Shown here piece by piece: positions 1 through 14,033 of a stretch of DNA of 64,000 bases. A program made the position numbers and the translations under genes. Source of the DNA: Truepera sp. GTDB lineage: Bacteria; Deinococcota; Deinococci; Deinococcales; Trueperaceae. Where the stretch lies: NCBI GenBank assembly GCA_965218435.1, contig CBDCKW010000009.1, positions 3,104,001 to 3,168,000 of the forward strand, given 5' to 3'. The notes under the pieces are model-generated. The model made no database searches. It was not told the DNA's origin and was given only the letters and a program-made list of their open reading frames with translations. Each line of letters starts with the position of its first letter. The stretch's first letter is position 1.

Positions 1-307
1 CCAAGAGATGTTCAGAGTTCTAAAGCCCAACCGGTACTGCGCCGTTCTGATTGGCGACACTCGCAAGGCACAACACTACGTGCCGCTCTCACATTTTCTT
101 CTGCAGCGGTGCCTGAAATCCGGCTTTATCCTTAAAGAAGAGATTATTAAAGCGCAGCACAACACCAAATACGCGGGGCGCTGGAAAGGGAGTGCAGGAA
201 TTTACGGCTTTCACCTCATCATGCACGAGCACCTGTTCATCTTCCGCAAACCGCAAGTCGGAGAAAGTCTTTCTAAAGTGCGTTACAGCACCGACTGGCA
301 ACCCTAA
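1..307 (+). CDS. DNA methyltransferase (N4C/N6A type), C-terminal part; 5' end lies outside the window
   Basis: Frame is open from the window edge. EMFRVLKP..YCAVLIGD and HEHLFIFRKP resemble amino-DNA methyltransferase motifs. Confidence 0.7.
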   Translation, partial: QEMFRVLKPNRYCAVLIGDTRKAQHYVPLSHFLLQRCLKSGFILKEEIIKAQHNTKYAGRWKGSAGIYGFHLIMHEHLFIFRKPQVGESLSKVRYSTDWQP

Positions 308-387
308 AGTCACCCTTAACCTTGACGCCGCCCTCACTTACAAGCGACAATAGAGCTTCAGCGGCGTGCATTTGCTAGAGCCGCGAC

Positions 388-511
388 CTCATCTCGAGCA
401 GCAGCAGGGACCTGGCCCAAAGACGCTGCAGCAACCAGCTTTCATCTAGGCGGGTGCTCTTTCCAGCCGGTATGCTTGCGCAGGTCACGATGACCTAACC
501 GGAAAGATGAG
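388..511 (+). promoter_or_regulatory. SAM-I (S-box) riboswitch
   Basis: P1 CTCATC(388)...GATGAG(511), AGGGAC-CTGGCCC, GCAACC, GGTGCT..TTCC and GAAAGATGAG consensus elements, directly upstream of metF-metH. Confidence 0.92.
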
Positions 512-555
512 AAGAGCGGTTTTTCCTCTTCTGTCATCCACTTAGAGGAGAGCCG

Positions 556-1350
556 ATGCTTACCCCAACCCAGCACATCCCGCGTATCTCAATCGAACTT
601 GTACCCCGGCACGCCGAGGCGTTACACGAAGACTTAGATGTGCTGGGCGAGCATTTTCCCTTTATAGATACGGTTAATATCACTGATTTGACGCGCTTTA
701 GCCTCCGCAGCCATCAGGCGTGCAAGCTGGCGCAAACCCGTATCCGCCGCGCCATTCCGCACTTGCGCTCAGTCGGTACCAATCTGAGAGACTTAAACCC
801 GCTACTGCACTACCTAGACGAAGCCGAGTTGCACGAGGTTTTGGTCGTCAACGGCGATTTGCCCGCCGATATGAGTCAGCCGAGCTATCCGACCTCGAGC
901 GTCCAACTCATCCGGGCAATTAAGTCAGCACTGCCGCACGTCGAGGTGTACGCGGCTTTAGACCCCTACCGGCAGAGCTTGCTTAAAGAACGCGATTATG
1001 CGCTCGAGAAACTCGAGGCAGGCGCGAGCGGACTCTTTACCCAACCTTTTTTCGATACGAGGCTTATGCAGGTGTACCTCGAGCTGTTACCCGGCGTCAA
1101 CATCTATTGGGGCGCAACGACCATCACGAGCAAACGCTCTCTCGGTTATTGGCAAAACCGCAACCACGCGGTCTTTCCGGCGGATTTTGAACCGACGCTT
1201 ACCTGGAGCCGGACGTTTGCGCTCGAGGCGTTACAGTTCGCCCAAGAAACCCGAACGAACCTCTACTTTATGCCGATTAAAACCGGCTTGTACGACTTCC
1301 TAGAAGGTATTCTGACCGAAGACGCCTGCCGTCCGGCGGTGAGGACATGA
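556..1350 (+). CDS. metF: 5,10-methylenetetrahydrofolate reductase
   Basis: [32 protein letters not shown] motifs; SD AGGAG at 546-550; overlaps the metH start (ATGA). Confidence 0.88.
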   Translation: MLTPTQHIPRISIELVPRHAEALHEDLDVLGEHFPFIDTVNITDLTRFSLRSHQACKLAQTRIRRAIPHLRSVGTNLRDLNPLLHYLDEAELHEVLVVNGDLPADMSQPSYPTSSVQLIRAIKSALPHVEVYAALDPYRQSLLKERDYALEKLEAGASGLFTQPFFDTRLMQVYLELLPGVNIYWGATTITSKRSLGYWQNRNHAVFPADFEPTLTWSRTFALEALQFAQETRTNLYFMPIKTGLYDFLEGILTEDACRPAVRT

Positions 1351-4300
1351 CCAAAAAAGAAAAAGCCTCAGCTCAGCTTTTACGGGACGCGCTTAAAAAA
1401 CGCGTTTTAGTCCTCGACGGTGCGATGGGCACGATGATTCAGCGGCACGAGCTGTCCGAAGCGGACTTTCGCGGTGAACGGTTCGCTGAACACCCGTCAC
1501 CACTTCAGGGCGCGAACGATATTTTGACCCTAACGCAGCCGCAGCTTATCGAAGAAATTCACCGCGAATACTTCGCTGCCGGAGCCGACATCGTTGAGAC
1601 CAACACCTTTAGCTCGACCACGGTCGGCATGGCTGAATACGGTGTGGACGACGCGATTTATGAGCTGAACGTCGAGGCTGCCCGACTCGCCCGCCGCGCC
1701 GCCGACGCTTTCTCGACACCCGAAAAACCCCGTTTTGTCGCCGGTGCTGTCGGCCCGACGAACCGCACCGCGAGCATGTCACCGGATGTGAACGATCCGG
1801 CCTTTCGCGCGATAGATTTTGACGCGCTCGTCACGTCATACAGCGAGCAGATACGCGGGCTTTTAGACGGCGGCGTAGACACGTTGCTGATTGAAACCGT
1901 GTTCGACACGCTCAACTGTAAAGCGGCACTGTTCGCTGCCGAGTCGGTGTTTGACGAAGTGGGCTTCAAAGTGCCGCTGATGGTTTCAGGCACGATCACC
2001 GATGCGAGCGGGCGGACGCTTTCGGGCCAGACCTTAGCCGCATTTTTAATCTCGGTGTCGCACGTGGACTTGCTTTCGGTCGGGCTCAACTGCGCGCTCG
2101 GCCCGGCTGAGCTGCGGGCGTATGTTGAAGAATTATCCGGCATCACCCACTTTTATACGAGTGCCTACCCGAACGCAGGCTTGCCGAACGCCTTTGGTGG
2201 TTACGACGAAACGCCCGAGTCTATGCTCGAGGTCATGGCAGGCTGGCTCGAGGGGGGCTGGGTCAATATCCTGGGCGGCTGCTGCGGCACGACGCCGGAG
2301 CACATCAAGGTCTTTGCCGAGGCTGCCGCAAGGACTGCACCGCGTGTCCCGCCTGAAGTACCCGCATATCCAAAGTTCTCCGGGCTCGAGCCCCTCATCA
2401 TCCGGCCTGAAACGAACTTCGTCAACGTCGGTGAACGCACCAATGTTACGGGCTCGAAGAAGTTTTTACGGCTCATCAAAGAAGAACGCTTTGACGCCGC
2501 CTTAGCGGTGGCCAGGGACCAAGTTGAGGGCGGCGCGCAGATTATCGACATCAACATGGACGAGGCGATGTTAGACGCCGAAGCCTCGATGACGACGTTC
2601 CTAAACCTCGTCGCCGCCGAGCCCGACATCGCCCGCGTGCCGATTATGCTCGACTCGTCGAAGTTTACGGTACTCGAGTCCGGTCTGAAACGGGTGCAGG
2701 GCAAAGCCATCGTCAACTCGGTTTCGCTGAAAGAGGGTGAAGAAACCTTCCGCAAACACGCGCAGCTCGTCCGGCGTTACGGGGCGGCGGCGATTGTCAT
2801 GGCCTTTGATGAAAACGGTCAGGCCGATACCTATGAGCGGCGTATCAAGATTTGCAGACGGGCGTACCGCATCTTGGTAGATGAAGTCGGTTTTGCCCCC
2901 GAAGACATCATTTTCGACCCGAATATCTTTCCGGTCGCAACCGGCATTGACGAGCACAACAACTACGCGGTGGATTTTTTTGCGGCGACGCACTGGATTA
3001 AAGAGAACTTACCGGGGGCGCTCGTCTCGGGCGGCGTGTCGAACGTGTCGTTTTCGTTTCGGGGTAATAATCCGGTCCGTGAGGCGATGCACGCGGTGTT
3101 TTTGTACCACGCGCGGCAGGCCGGGATGGATATGGGCATCGTCAACCCGGCGATGTTGGAGATTTACGAAGACATCCCGAAAGATTTGCTTACGCACGTT
3201 GAAGATGTGATTCTGAACCGCCGTAACGACGCGACCGAACGGCTTTTAAGTTTCGCTGAAGGGGTCAAATCGGGCGGTAAAAAGAGCGTCAAAGACGAGG
3301 CGTGGCGAGCGGAAGGGGTGGAAAAGCGGCTCGAGCACGCCCTCGTTCGGGGGATTACCGACTTCATTGAAGCCGACACCGAAGAGGCGCGGCAGACATT
3401 ACAGAGTCCGCTTGCCGTTATCGAAGGCCCGCTGATGGACGGCATGAACGTCGTCGGTGACCTGTTCGGCAGCGGCAAGATGTTCTTGCCGCAAGTGGTC
3501 AAGTCGGCTCGAGTGATGAAGCGGGCGGTGGCGTATCTGGAGCCGTACTTAGAGGCTGAAAAGCTGGCGTCGGGCGCGTCAGAGCGTAAAAGTGCCGGAA
3601 AAATCCTTTTAGCTACCGTAAAAGGCGACGTTCACGACATCGGCAAAAACATCGTCGGGGTGGTGCTAGCGTGTAACGGCTTTGAGATTTTAGATTTGGG
3701 CGTAATGGTGCCGACGGAAAAGATTTTAGACACCGCTGAGCGCGAGGGCGTGGACGTTATCGGGCTTTCGGGGCTGATTACACCGTCTTTAGACGAGATG
3801 GTCTCTGTGGCGAAAGAACTCGAGCGCCGCAACCTCCGCACGCCTCTCTTAATCGGCGGGGCGACGACGAGCCGGGTGCATACCGCCGTAAAAATTGCGC
3901 CGCAGTACAGCGGGCTGGCGGTTCATGTTTTGGACGCGTCGCGGAGCGTCGGGATTGCAGCACGGGCCGTGAGTGATAGGGACAGGCCGGGGCTCGAGGC
4001 CGAAACCCAAACCTTGTACGACGAGGTACGCAAAAACTTTGCGGGAAGGCAGGTTTCAAAACAGCTCATCAGCTTGGACGAGGCACGGAAAAATGCGCCG
4101 AAGCTCGAGTTTGAAGCCGTGACTAAACCGAGCTTTTTAGGCACGAAAGTGTTAGACGATTATCCGTTAAATGAGCTTGTTGCCAAAATCGACTGGACGC
4201 CGTTTTTTCTCACCTGGGAGCTTTCCGGTCGCTACCCGAACATCTTGCAAGACGAAATCGTAGGTGAAGTCGCCACGAAGCTCTTTGAAGATGCGCAGGA

Positions 4301-5087
4301 GCTTTTAGTGCGTATTGTCAGCGAAAAACGGTTTACGGCGCGGGCGACGTTTGGCTTTTTTCCGGCGGCGCGGGTCGGCGATGACCTCGAGCTCTACACC
4401 GACGATACCCGTCAAACCGTTCGTACGCGGCTTCACACCTTGCGGCAACAAAATGCCAAACGCGCCGGTCAACCCAACTATGCGTTGGCCGATTTCGTCG
4501 CGGCTAAAGACTCCGGCACAGAAAATAAAGTGCAAGATTACGTCGGCGGCTTTGCAGTGTCTATTCACGGTGCAGACGAATTCGCCCATGAGTTTGAAGC
4601 CGTACACGACGACTACAACGCCATTTTGGTCAAAGCCTTAGCCGACCGCCTCGCTGAAGCGTTTGCCGAACGGCTGCATGAACGCGTCCGTCAAGAGTTC
4701 TGGGGATACGCGCCGGACGAGCAACTCTCGAACGACGAGCTGATCCGCGAACGTTATCAGGGCATTCGCCCTGCGCCCGGCTATCCGGCCTCGCCCGACC
4801 ACACCGAAAAACGCACGCTGTTTGAGCTGTTAGACGCGGAGAAAACCGCGGGCATCACCCTCACCGAAAGCTACGCGATGTACCCCGGTGCGGCGGTCTC
4901 GGGCTTCTACTTTGCACATTCTGAAGCGCGGTACTTTGGTGTCGGTAAGATTTCCAAAGACCAAGTAGAGGATTACGCCGCCCGTAAAGGGATGACGCTC
5001 TCGGAGGCCGAGCGGTGGCTCGCGCCAAATCTAGGGTATGAGCCGCAGACAGAGGCTGTGGGGAAGGTGCTCGAGCCTGCGAACTAG
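1347..5087 (+). CDS. metH: Cobalamin-dependent methionine synthase
   Basis: [25 protein letters not shown]12-binding GDVHDIGKN and RPAPGYP motifs; 1246 aa. Confidence 0.99.
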   Translation: MTKKEKASAQLLRDALKKRVLVLDGAMGTMIQRHELSEADFRGERFAEHPSPLQGANDILTLTQPQLIEEIHREYFAAGADIVETNTFSSTTVGMAEYGVDDAIYELNVEAARLARRAADAFSTPEKPRFVAGAVGPTNRTASMSPDVNDPAFRAIDFDALVTSYSEQIRGLLDGGVDTLLIETVFDTLNCKAALFAAESVFDEVGFKVPLMVSGTITDASGRTLSGQTLAAFLISVSHVDLLSVGLNCALGPAELRAYVEELSGITHFYTSAYPNAGLPNAFGGYDETPESMLEVMAGWLEGGWVNILGGCCGTTPEHIKVFAEAAARTAPRVPPEVPAYPKFSGLEPLIIRPETNFVNVGERTNVTGSKKFLRLIKEERFDAALAVARDQVEGGAQIIDINMDEAMLDAEASMTTFLNLVAAEPDIARVPIMLDSSKFTVLESGLKRVQGKAIVNSVSLKEGEETFRKHAQLVRRYGAAAIVMAFDENGQADTYERRIKICRRAYRILVDEVGFAPEDIIFDPNIFPVATGIDEHNNYAVDFFAATHWIKENLPGALVSGGVSNVSFSFRGNNPVREAMHAVFLYHARQAGMDMGIVNPAMLEIYEDIPKDLLTHVEDVILNRRNDATERLLSFAEGVKSGGKKSVKDEAWRAEGVEKRLEHALVRGITDFIEADTEEARQTLQSPLAVIEGPLMDGMNVVGDLFGSGKMFLPQVVKSARVMKRAVAYLEPYLEAEKLASGASERKSAGKILLATVKGDVHDIGKNIVGVVLACNGFEILDLGVMVPTEKILDTAEREGVDVIGLSGLITPSLDEMVSVAKELERRNLRTPLLIGGATTSRVHTAVKIAPQYSGLAVHVLDASRSVGIAARAVSDRDRPGLEAETQTLYDEVRKNFAGRQVSKQLISLDEARKNAPKLEFEAVTKPSFLGTKVLDDYPLNELVAKIDWTPFFLTWELSGRYPNILQDEIVGEVATKLFEDAQELLVRIVSEKRFTARATFGFFPAARVGDDLELYTDDTRQTVRTRLHTLRQQNAKRAGQPNYALADFVAAKDSGTENKVQDYVGGFAVSIHGADEFAHEFEAVHDDYNAILVKALADRLAEAFAERLHERVRQEFWGYAPDEQLSNDELIRERYQGIRPAPGYPASPDHTEKRTLFELLDAEKTAGITLTESYAMYPGAAVSGFYFAHSEARYFGVGKISKDQVEDYAARKGMTLSEAERWLAPNLGYEPQTEAVGKVLEPAN

Positions 5088-5152
5088 ATCAAATGCTTTG
5101 ACATGCTGACATCTAACTGGTTGTGATTCTTAAAAACTTGCGAGTTTCATGT

Positions 5153-6445
5153 CTAATCCCCCTTACGCCTCCGCGCCTGCCGCTGCCGCTCGACCTGCAC
5201 CACCGCAGCCCGTCCCAAGCGCCGCCCTAGCTGACGGGGGCTCGAGGCCGACAGCCGCCATATCGCCAAAAAAGCAGCGAGGGCAAAGAGGCTGCTGGTC
5301 ACGATAAAAAGGATGCGGTACTCGAAATGAATCAGCCCGAACGCCTGCATGGCCGCAACAAGTCCCGCCCCGACGAGCGGCGCGACCGTCCGCGAGGACG
5401 AGATGATGGCGTTCTCGAGGCCGTACACCGAACCCTCCTGACCCGCACGGGTGTTTTTGGCGAGCAGCGCCGCAACCGCCGGGGTCAGGCCACCGACCGC
5501 GATACCGGCAAGCGCCTGTAATGTAAGAAGCTGCCAGACTTGTGTGACGAAACTCTGGGGCAGGTAGCAAAAGGTCGCGGCTACCGTACAGACGATGACG
5601 ATGAGCCGGTGCCCGATGCGGTCGCCGAGACGCCCGATATAGATGGCGCTTAGCGTACCCGTTGCCGCAGCGATCCCCACGACTAACCCGATGGTGGTAT
5701 TGACCCTCGCTTCAGCGAGCGGCAAGGTCGCAATAAAAAGGGGCAGAATCGGCGTGAGCATGTTGCGCCCGAGCCAGTTGAGAAACGCGAGACCGTAGAG
5801 CGTCTTGACCTGAGGCGCTCTGAGGATGTCGCCCCAACTGCTTAGAATGCTGGGCGTCTTTTTGCCCGCTTCGGGTCTGACGAAGTTCTCCCGCACCCCA
5901 AACGTCACAAGGAAACCCGAAAGGGCGAGCAGCACGGCGGTCACGATGAACGTGCCTCGAAACCCGATGGCGTCAGCTAAAATGCCGCCGATAAACGGGC
6001 CGACCGCGACGCCACTGCCGAGCCCGAGTTGCAACAAGCCCATCGCGTAGCCTACGCGGTCCCTGGGCACCGACGACGCGACCAGCGCGTTCCCGGCCGA
6101 GACCGTACCGGTTAAAAAGCCTTGCAGCGCCCGGAGCAGCACCAGCGCCTCGGCGTTGGGCACAAACGCCATCAGCGCGAGCGTAATCGCGCCGCTGTAC
6201 GCCGCCCGTTCGACCATCGGTTTACGACCGTAGCGGTCTGAAACTGCGCCCCAGATCGGTGAAGCAATCGTCATCGTCAGTGCTTGCGCCGAGAAAACGA
6301 GGGCCGCTAGCAGCGTCAAGCTCATTCCGGTCGCCGACCCTAAAGACTCGACGTAGCGCGGCAAAAACGGAAAGATTAGGGAAAACCCAACTGATGACAT
6401 CAGCTGCGCAAAAATCATGATGTACAGGGTGCGCTGCCACGGCAT
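5153..6445 (-). CDS. MFS transporter (MdtG/DHA1-like)
   Basis: About 12 hydrophobic segments; WGAVSDRYGRK and GRLGDRIG motif-A loops. Start placed at ATG 6445, 7 nt after TATGCT. Confidence 0.88.
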   Translation of the reverse strand: MPWQRTLYIMIFAQLMSSVGFSLIFPFLPRYVESLGSATGMSLTLLAALVFSAQALTMTIASPIWGAVSDRYGRKPMVERAAYSGAITLALMAFVPNAEALVLLRALQGFLTGTVSAGNALVASSVPRDRVGYAMGLLQLGLGSGVAVGPFIGGILADAIGFRGTFIVTAVLLALSGFLVTFGVRENFVRPEAGKKTPSILSSWGDILRAPQVKTLYGLAFLNWLGRNMLTPILPLFIATLPLAEARVNTTIGLVVGIAAATGTLSAIYIGRLGDRIGHRLIVIVCTVAATFCYLPQSFVTQVWQLLTLQALAGIAVGGLTPAVAALLAKNTRAGQEGSVYGLENAIISSSRTVAPLVGAGLVAAMQAFGLIHFEYRILFIVTSSLFALAAFLAIWRLSASSPRQLGRRLGRAAVVQVERQRQARRRKGD

Positions 6446-6570
6446 AGCCCTGAGCATAACGCGAAGCTCGGGAGCTCATGTAGCCTGCCCTAGTCAAGCG
6501 CCGCAAAACTCCCTCGCGAGGTAATACAGAAAACGTAGTATGGAGCTGAGACGAGCCTAGACTCTGGGGT

Positions 6571-7602
6571 ATGACCCACACAGATATTCCCGTAGATATT
6601 CCCCTTTCGGTGCTCGAGCTCTCTCCCGTTGCCGCCGGGATGACGAGTTCGGCGGCGCTACACAACACCCTCGATTTAGCGCGTCACGCCGAACGCTTGG
6701 GCTTTCACCGCTTCTGGCTTGCCGAGCACCACAATATGCCCGGTATCGCCTCAGCTGTTCCCGAAATCCTCATTGGGCAGATTGCCAGTGTGACCAAAAC
6801 GCTGCGCGTCGGTTCAGGTGGCGTCATGCTGCCGAACCACTCCGCGCTACACGTTGCCGAGACGTTTAAGACGCTCGAGGCGCTCTATCCCGGCCGTATT
6901 GACTTAGGCATCGGCCGCGCCCCCGGTTCCGACGGGCTGACCGCTTTGGCCCTGCGCCGTAGCCGCGAAGCCCTACACGCCGACGACTTTGACGAGCAAC
7001 TCGGTGAACTGTTCGCTTTCGGTCAGGGTGACTTCCCGGCAAACCATCCGTTTAACCGGGTTCAGGCTGTGCCGACTGATGTGCCGCTGCCGCCTGTTTA
7101 TCTGCTGGGCTCTTCGGACTACAGCGCACGTTTGGCCGGACAGCTCGGCCTCGGGTTTGCTTTTGCCTATCACTTTAGCCCCTACGCGCTGCTGCCCGCA
7201 CTTGAGGCTTACCGTAACGCTTTCACCCCAGGGGCATTGGAAAAACCACACGTCATCGTTACCGCGTCAGTCTTTTGTGCCCCAACCGACGAAGAAGCGC
7301 AGTTTTTAGCCGGACCGATGCAGCTGACCTTCCTCAAACTCCGCAGCGGTGAACCTATCCAGTTGCCTTCACCAGAAGAGGCTGGGGACCATCCCTACAC
7401 GCCGCAAGAGCAGGCAGCGCTCGAGCAAATCCGCGCCATGCAAATTGTCGGCAGTTCCAGCACGGTGCGTAAACAGCTAAACGAATTGCTTAGCAAAACT
7501 CAGGCCAACGAGCTGATGCTTACCACGATGATGTACAGCCACAGCGATAGATTGCGTTCGTTTGAGTTAGTAGCTGAAGCTCTGCGGGGCGTTGCCGCTT
7601 AA
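6571..7602 (+). CDS. LLM-class flavin-dependent oxidoreductase (luciferase-like)
   Basis: RFWLAEHH, VGSGGVMLPNH and PGRIDLGIGRAPG motifs. Confidence 0.93.
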   Translation: MTHTDIPVDIPLSVLELSPVAAGMTSSAALHNTLDLARHAERLGFHRFWLAEHHNMPGIASAVPEILIGQIASVTKTLRVGSGGVMLPNHSALHVAETFKTLEALYPGRIDLGIGRAPGSDGLTALALRRSREALHADDFDEQLGELFAFGQGDFPANHPFNRVQAVPTDVPLPPVYLLGSSDYSARLAGQLGLGFAFAYHFSPYALLPALEAYRNAFTPGALEKPHVIVTASVFCAPTDEEAQFLAGPMQLTFLKLRSGEPIQLPSPEEAGDHPYTPQEQAALEQIRAMQIVGSSSTVRKQLNELLSKTQANELMLTTMMYSHSDRLRSFELVAEALRGVAA

Positions 7603-7667
7603 AAAATCCCATGCTACTTCAATCTCGCTTTAGACGAAGGCACAATCTTGTATACGCGCAGAGCACT

Positions 7668-7700
7668 AAAAAAGAGGAACCCTTTGATGCGAGTTCCTCT
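7668..7700 (-). terminator. Intrinsic terminator of the 23S-5S-tRNA-Gly transcript
   Basis: AGAGGAAC/GTTCCTCT stem followed by a U-run on the minus strand, just after tRNA-Gly. Confidence 0.75.
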
Positions 7701-7716
7701 GCCAGACTATTTTTGT

Positions 7717-7792
<76 letters not shown>

Positions 7793-7898
7793 GAGATAGG
7801 TATCATCTGTCAGCAAGCACTCTAAGCTTATAGATGATGCCTTCCAGCTAGAAATAAGAGGCGCTACCCGAAGGGCAGCACCTCTTGATTAAAATAAA

Positions 7899-8018
7899 TT
7901 CCTCGCACCGACCTACTTTTGCAGGGGGCTGCCCCCCAACTATCATCAGCGCTGGCGTGCTTAACTTCCGAGTTCGAGATGGGATCGGGTGGGTCCACGC
8001 CGCTAAAAGCACGAAGAA
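7899..8018 (-). rRNA. rrf: 5S rRNA
   Basis: Conserved CCCATCTCGAACTCGGAAGTTAAG and AGTAGGTCG segments on the minus strand; ends approximate. Confidence 0.95.
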
Positions 8019-8067
8019 AAAAATAGTAACAAGCCGAACAAGTGTGAATGAAGATGAGTCCAAATTA

Positions 8068-10994
<2,927 letters not shown>

Positions 10995-11138
10995 TAAAGT
11001 TATTGGTACTTAAGACGCGCTTACAATTCGTAGCTAAAAACTGTCGTTAGAAACCACGTTTTGCTTACGCTTTTAGATGCTCATTCACACTTATTCGCTT
11101 GTCATTGTTCGCGCCAGCCCTTTCGGGCGGCAAAAAGA

Positions 11139-11168
11139 AGTTTATAGCTAAAAGCCAAGTCGTGTCAA
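11139..11168 (-). promoter_or_regulatory. Sigma70-type promoter of the 23S-5S-tRNA-Gly unit
   Basis: TTGACA (11168-11163) then TATAAA (16-nt spacer) or TAAACT (18-nt spacer). Processing-stem arms TCATTCACACTT (11081-11092) and AAGTGTGAATGA (8040-8051) flank the 23S. Confidence 0.8.
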
Positions 11169-11247
11169 CCCCCTGCGTACCAAAACCTCCACTTCATCTT
11201 TTGATAAGACCATTTAGAGTGTGCTAAACGAGTTTTCTACGTTTTAG

Positions 11248-11357
11248 GATGTGTTCGGAACCTCGGTAGCGGAGCGCGGAGGCCGGGAAGAGATGGGTGG
11301 AGTGGCCTCGAGCTAAGGGGACTACGGAGCGTAAGCGCGGCGGAGGTTCAGGTCATC
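11248..11357. other. Unassigned structured element (candidate ncRNA or small non-coding repeat)
   Basis: Nested complementary blocks GATG/CATC, GAACCTC/GAGGTTC, GTAG/CTAC and GAGGCC/GGCCTC separated by purine-rich loops. Confidence 0.4.
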
Positions 11358-11515
11358 TCTTTGAAGACCACGTTGCGACTATGCCGGTAAACGGCTGCCG
11401 GTAAACTTGAGGGGTAAGTAGCAGAATCTGAACGTCAATTTAGCTGAGCAAGAAGTGCGCAGTGAAGAACGTGCAAAAGATATAACATGCAAAAGATATT
11501 AGGAGCAAAACAGCG

Positions 11516-11764
11516 ATGAGTGAGATGATCGAAACCTTTTTAGCCCAGATGCGTGAACAACACGGCGACGAGATTGCCGCCGTTGAATTACCCGAAGGTA
11601 CAGAAGCTTATATCGCGGCGCGGATAGCCGCGGGCGACGGTGAGACCCTGGCATTTATGCTCAAGCTGGCGTATTTGATGGGACTTAATACGGGTTACGC
11701 AGCACACGAAGCGGCGCAGCAAGAGGAGCCGACTGCAAAAGCTTCAGGACCGCTCCAAGCTTGA
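11516..11764 (+). CDS. ddrH: DdrH-like DNA-damage-response protein
   Basis: 82 aa with LPEG, FMLKLA and GLNTGYAA blocks and a C-terminal LQA; resembles Deinococcus DdrH as I recall it; SD AGGAG. Confidence 0.65.
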   Translation: MSEMIETFLAQMREQHGDEIAAVELPEGTEAYIAARIAAGDGETLAFMLKLAYLMGLNTGYAAHEAAQQEEPTAKASGPLQA

Positions 11765-11776
11765 GGTGCGCTGCTC

Positions 11777-13867
11777 CTAACGGCGGTTACTGACCCGCGC
11801 CGCCCGCCGCGCTGAGATGTCGAGCAGTTTCTCTTGTTCGTTGAGTTTATGCTGCCCCGCTTTACGCCGAACGTAGGTGTACGAACCGTCTGCGTGAAGT
11901 TCCCTCGCCTTGTCGTTGTCTTTCAAGCACAGGTCTAAAACCTGAAAGACTTTTTTCTTGACGGCGCGGTCTTCAACGGGAAACACCACCTCGACACGCC
12001 GGGTCAGGTTGCGCTGCATCCAGTCGGCTGAACCCAAATAGAGGTCTTCTGCGCCGCCGTTAAGGAAAAAGAAGGCCCTCGAGTGTTCCAGAAACCGTCC
12101 GACGATGCTCCGTACCCGGATGTTGTCACTGACTTCCGGGACGCCGGGGCGTAAACAGCAGATGCCGCGTACGATCAGGTCAATCTGCACCCCGGCCCGT
12201 GAAGCCCGGTAGAGCGCCCGAATGACCCGTGGGTCAACGAGCGCGTTCATCTTGGCGATAATTCGGGCTTCACGGCCTTCAAGCGCGTGCGCTTCTTCAC
12301 GTTCAATTGCCCGCATCAGCTCGTCGCGGAGCGTTTCAGGTGCAATCCAAAGTTTGCGCCACGATTTTTGCTTGGAAAAGCCGGTGAGGTAGTTGAACAG
12401 TTCGGACAAATCTGCGCCCAAATCGGCGTCACACGAGAGCATCCCGAAATCGGTATAGATGGTGCTCGTGGTGCGGTTGTAATTGCCCGTAGCTAGGTGG
12501 ACGTAGCGGCGGATGTCTTTGCCCTCACGCCGGACGATGAGCAGCGTTTTACAGTGCGTTTTAAGGCCCGCAAAGCCGTAGACGACGTGAACCCCGGCGC
12601 GCTCGAGCTCTCTGGCCCAGACGATGTTGTTCTCCTCGTCAAAGCGGGCTTTAAGTTCAACCAGCGCGGTCACCAGCTTGCCGTTGCCCGCCGCCCGCGC
12701 CAACGCCGCCACCACCGGCGAGTTGCCCCCGACACGGTAGAGCGTTTGTTTGATGGCGAGGACATTCGGGTCGTCGGCGGCTTGCTCGATGAGGTTAAGC
12801 ACTGCGTCAAACGAGTGAAACGGGTTGTGAATCAGCACGTCTTGCTGCCGAATGACGCCGAACACGTCCGACATACCGATAAATTCGGTGGGCAACCGGG
12901 TGTCAAAGGGTGGATACCGCAGCTCAGGCACATTGAGCAGTGCCAACTCCATAAAGTCGCCGACGTTTAAGTGGTCATCAATCCGGTAGACGTCACTTTG
13001 GGAGAGTTGCAAAGTTTTACGCAAAAAGTCGGACCACGCAGCGGGCATCTCAGCGGTAACCTCGAGCCGCACCGCGTCGCCCCACCGCCTTTTGCGCACC
13101 TCGTCTTCGATCACCCGTAACAGGTCGTCGGCCTCGTCTTCGGCGATCTCGATGTCGGCGTTACGGGTCAGCCTAAAGGCGTGGCTCGAGATCACCTCGT
13201 GGCCGGGAAATAAATCGCTGACTTTGGCGCGGATGATGTCTTCAGATAAGACAAAGCGGAACGTTTTATCCGCGTCGTCCAGGGGCGGCAACCGCAAAAA
13301 GCGGGGTAACACCCCCGGCACCTGCACCACCGCGAGCTTGGTCTCTTCAGAAGAGGCGTCGAACAGCTCTAAGAGAAGTGAAAAGCTCAGGTTGGGTAGC
13401 CGCGGAAACGGGTGGCCCGAATCCACGGCCAAAGGCGTCAAGATAGGAAACAGCTCGCGGTCGAAGTACGCGTCTACCACGGCGCGGTCGGGTTCGCCAA
13501 GTTTGTCAATCGGCAAGAGCGAAACGCCGTGACGCTCCAAGGCGGGGAGCACAGCGTCACGTAAAACCCGGCGGTGCCGCGCAATCAGCGGATGCAGCTC
13601 TTCAGACAGGTCATCAAGCTGCTCGGCAGGAGTGAGACCGTCGAAGCTGCGCCGGACAATGCCCGCCGCCAGCTGCTCTTTAAGACCTGCGTAACGGATC
13701 ATCATAAACTCGTCTAAGTTGGTGCTAAAAATCGCCAAAAACTTGAGCCGCTCTAAGGGAGGATTCTCGCTGTCTTCAGCCTCTTCTAAAACGCGCTCGT
13801 TAAAACGGAGCCACGACGTTTCACGGTTAAAGTAAAATTGCGGATCGTGCAGGTCAGGCTCGGACAT
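11777..13867 (-). CDS. ppk1: Polyphosphate kinase 1
   Basis: FNRETSWLRFNERVL, AIKQTLYR, ELKARFDE, KTHCK, GRFLEHSR and SADWMQRN motifs. Confidence 0.98.
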   Translation of the reverse strand: MSEPDLHDPQFYFNRETSWLRFNERVLEEAEDSENPPLERLKFLAIFSTNLDEFMMIRYAGLKEQLAAGIVRRSFDGLTPAEQLDDLSEELHPLIARHRRVLRDAVLPALERHGVSLLPIDKLGEPDRAVVDAYFDRELFPILTPLAVDSGHPFPRLPNLSFSLLLELFDASSEETKLAVVQVPGVLPRFLRLPPLDDADKTFRFVLSEDIIRAKVSDLFPGHEVISSHAFRLTRNADIEIAEDEADDLLRVIEDEVRKRRWGDAVRLEVTAEMPAAWSDFLRKTLQLSQSDVYRIDDHLNVGDFMELALLNVPELRYPPFDTRLPTEFIGMSDVFGVIRQQDVLIHNPFHSFDAVLNLIEQAADDPNVLAIKQTLYRVGGNSPVVAALARAAGNGKLVTALVELKARFDEENNIVWARELERAGVHVVYGFAGLKTHCKTLLIVRREGKDIRRYVHLATGNYNRTTSTIYTDFGMLSCDADLGADLSELFNYLTGFSKQKSWRKLWIAPETLRDELMRAIEREEAHALEGREARIIAKMNALVDPRVIRALYRASRAGVQIDLIVRGICCLRPGVPEVSDNIRVRSIVGRFLEHSRAFFFLNGGAEDLYLGSADWMQRNLTRRVEVVFPVEDRAVKKKVFQVLDLCLKDNDKARELHADGSYTYVRRKAGQHKLNEQEKLLDISARRAARVSNRR

Positions 13868-14033
13868 AGAGAGCAGCGTAACAAATCTGATTCAGTGACT
13901 GACGATTTTGTCGTAAATGACGCGCTGTTCTTGCTCCGAAGTCGTCAGAATTCAGAAGGCAAAATCAGGAGACAGAACACAGCATAGAGATGGTGTCTGT
14001 CAACACAAGCTGACAAGTCAATCTTGAGCTAAA

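Noticed and set aside
11248..11357. Calling the structured element 6S, SRP or a known riboswitch
   Set aside because: Too short for a typical 6S, lacks the SRP CAGG..GGAA..AGCAG motif and matches no aptamer I recognise; left unassigned.
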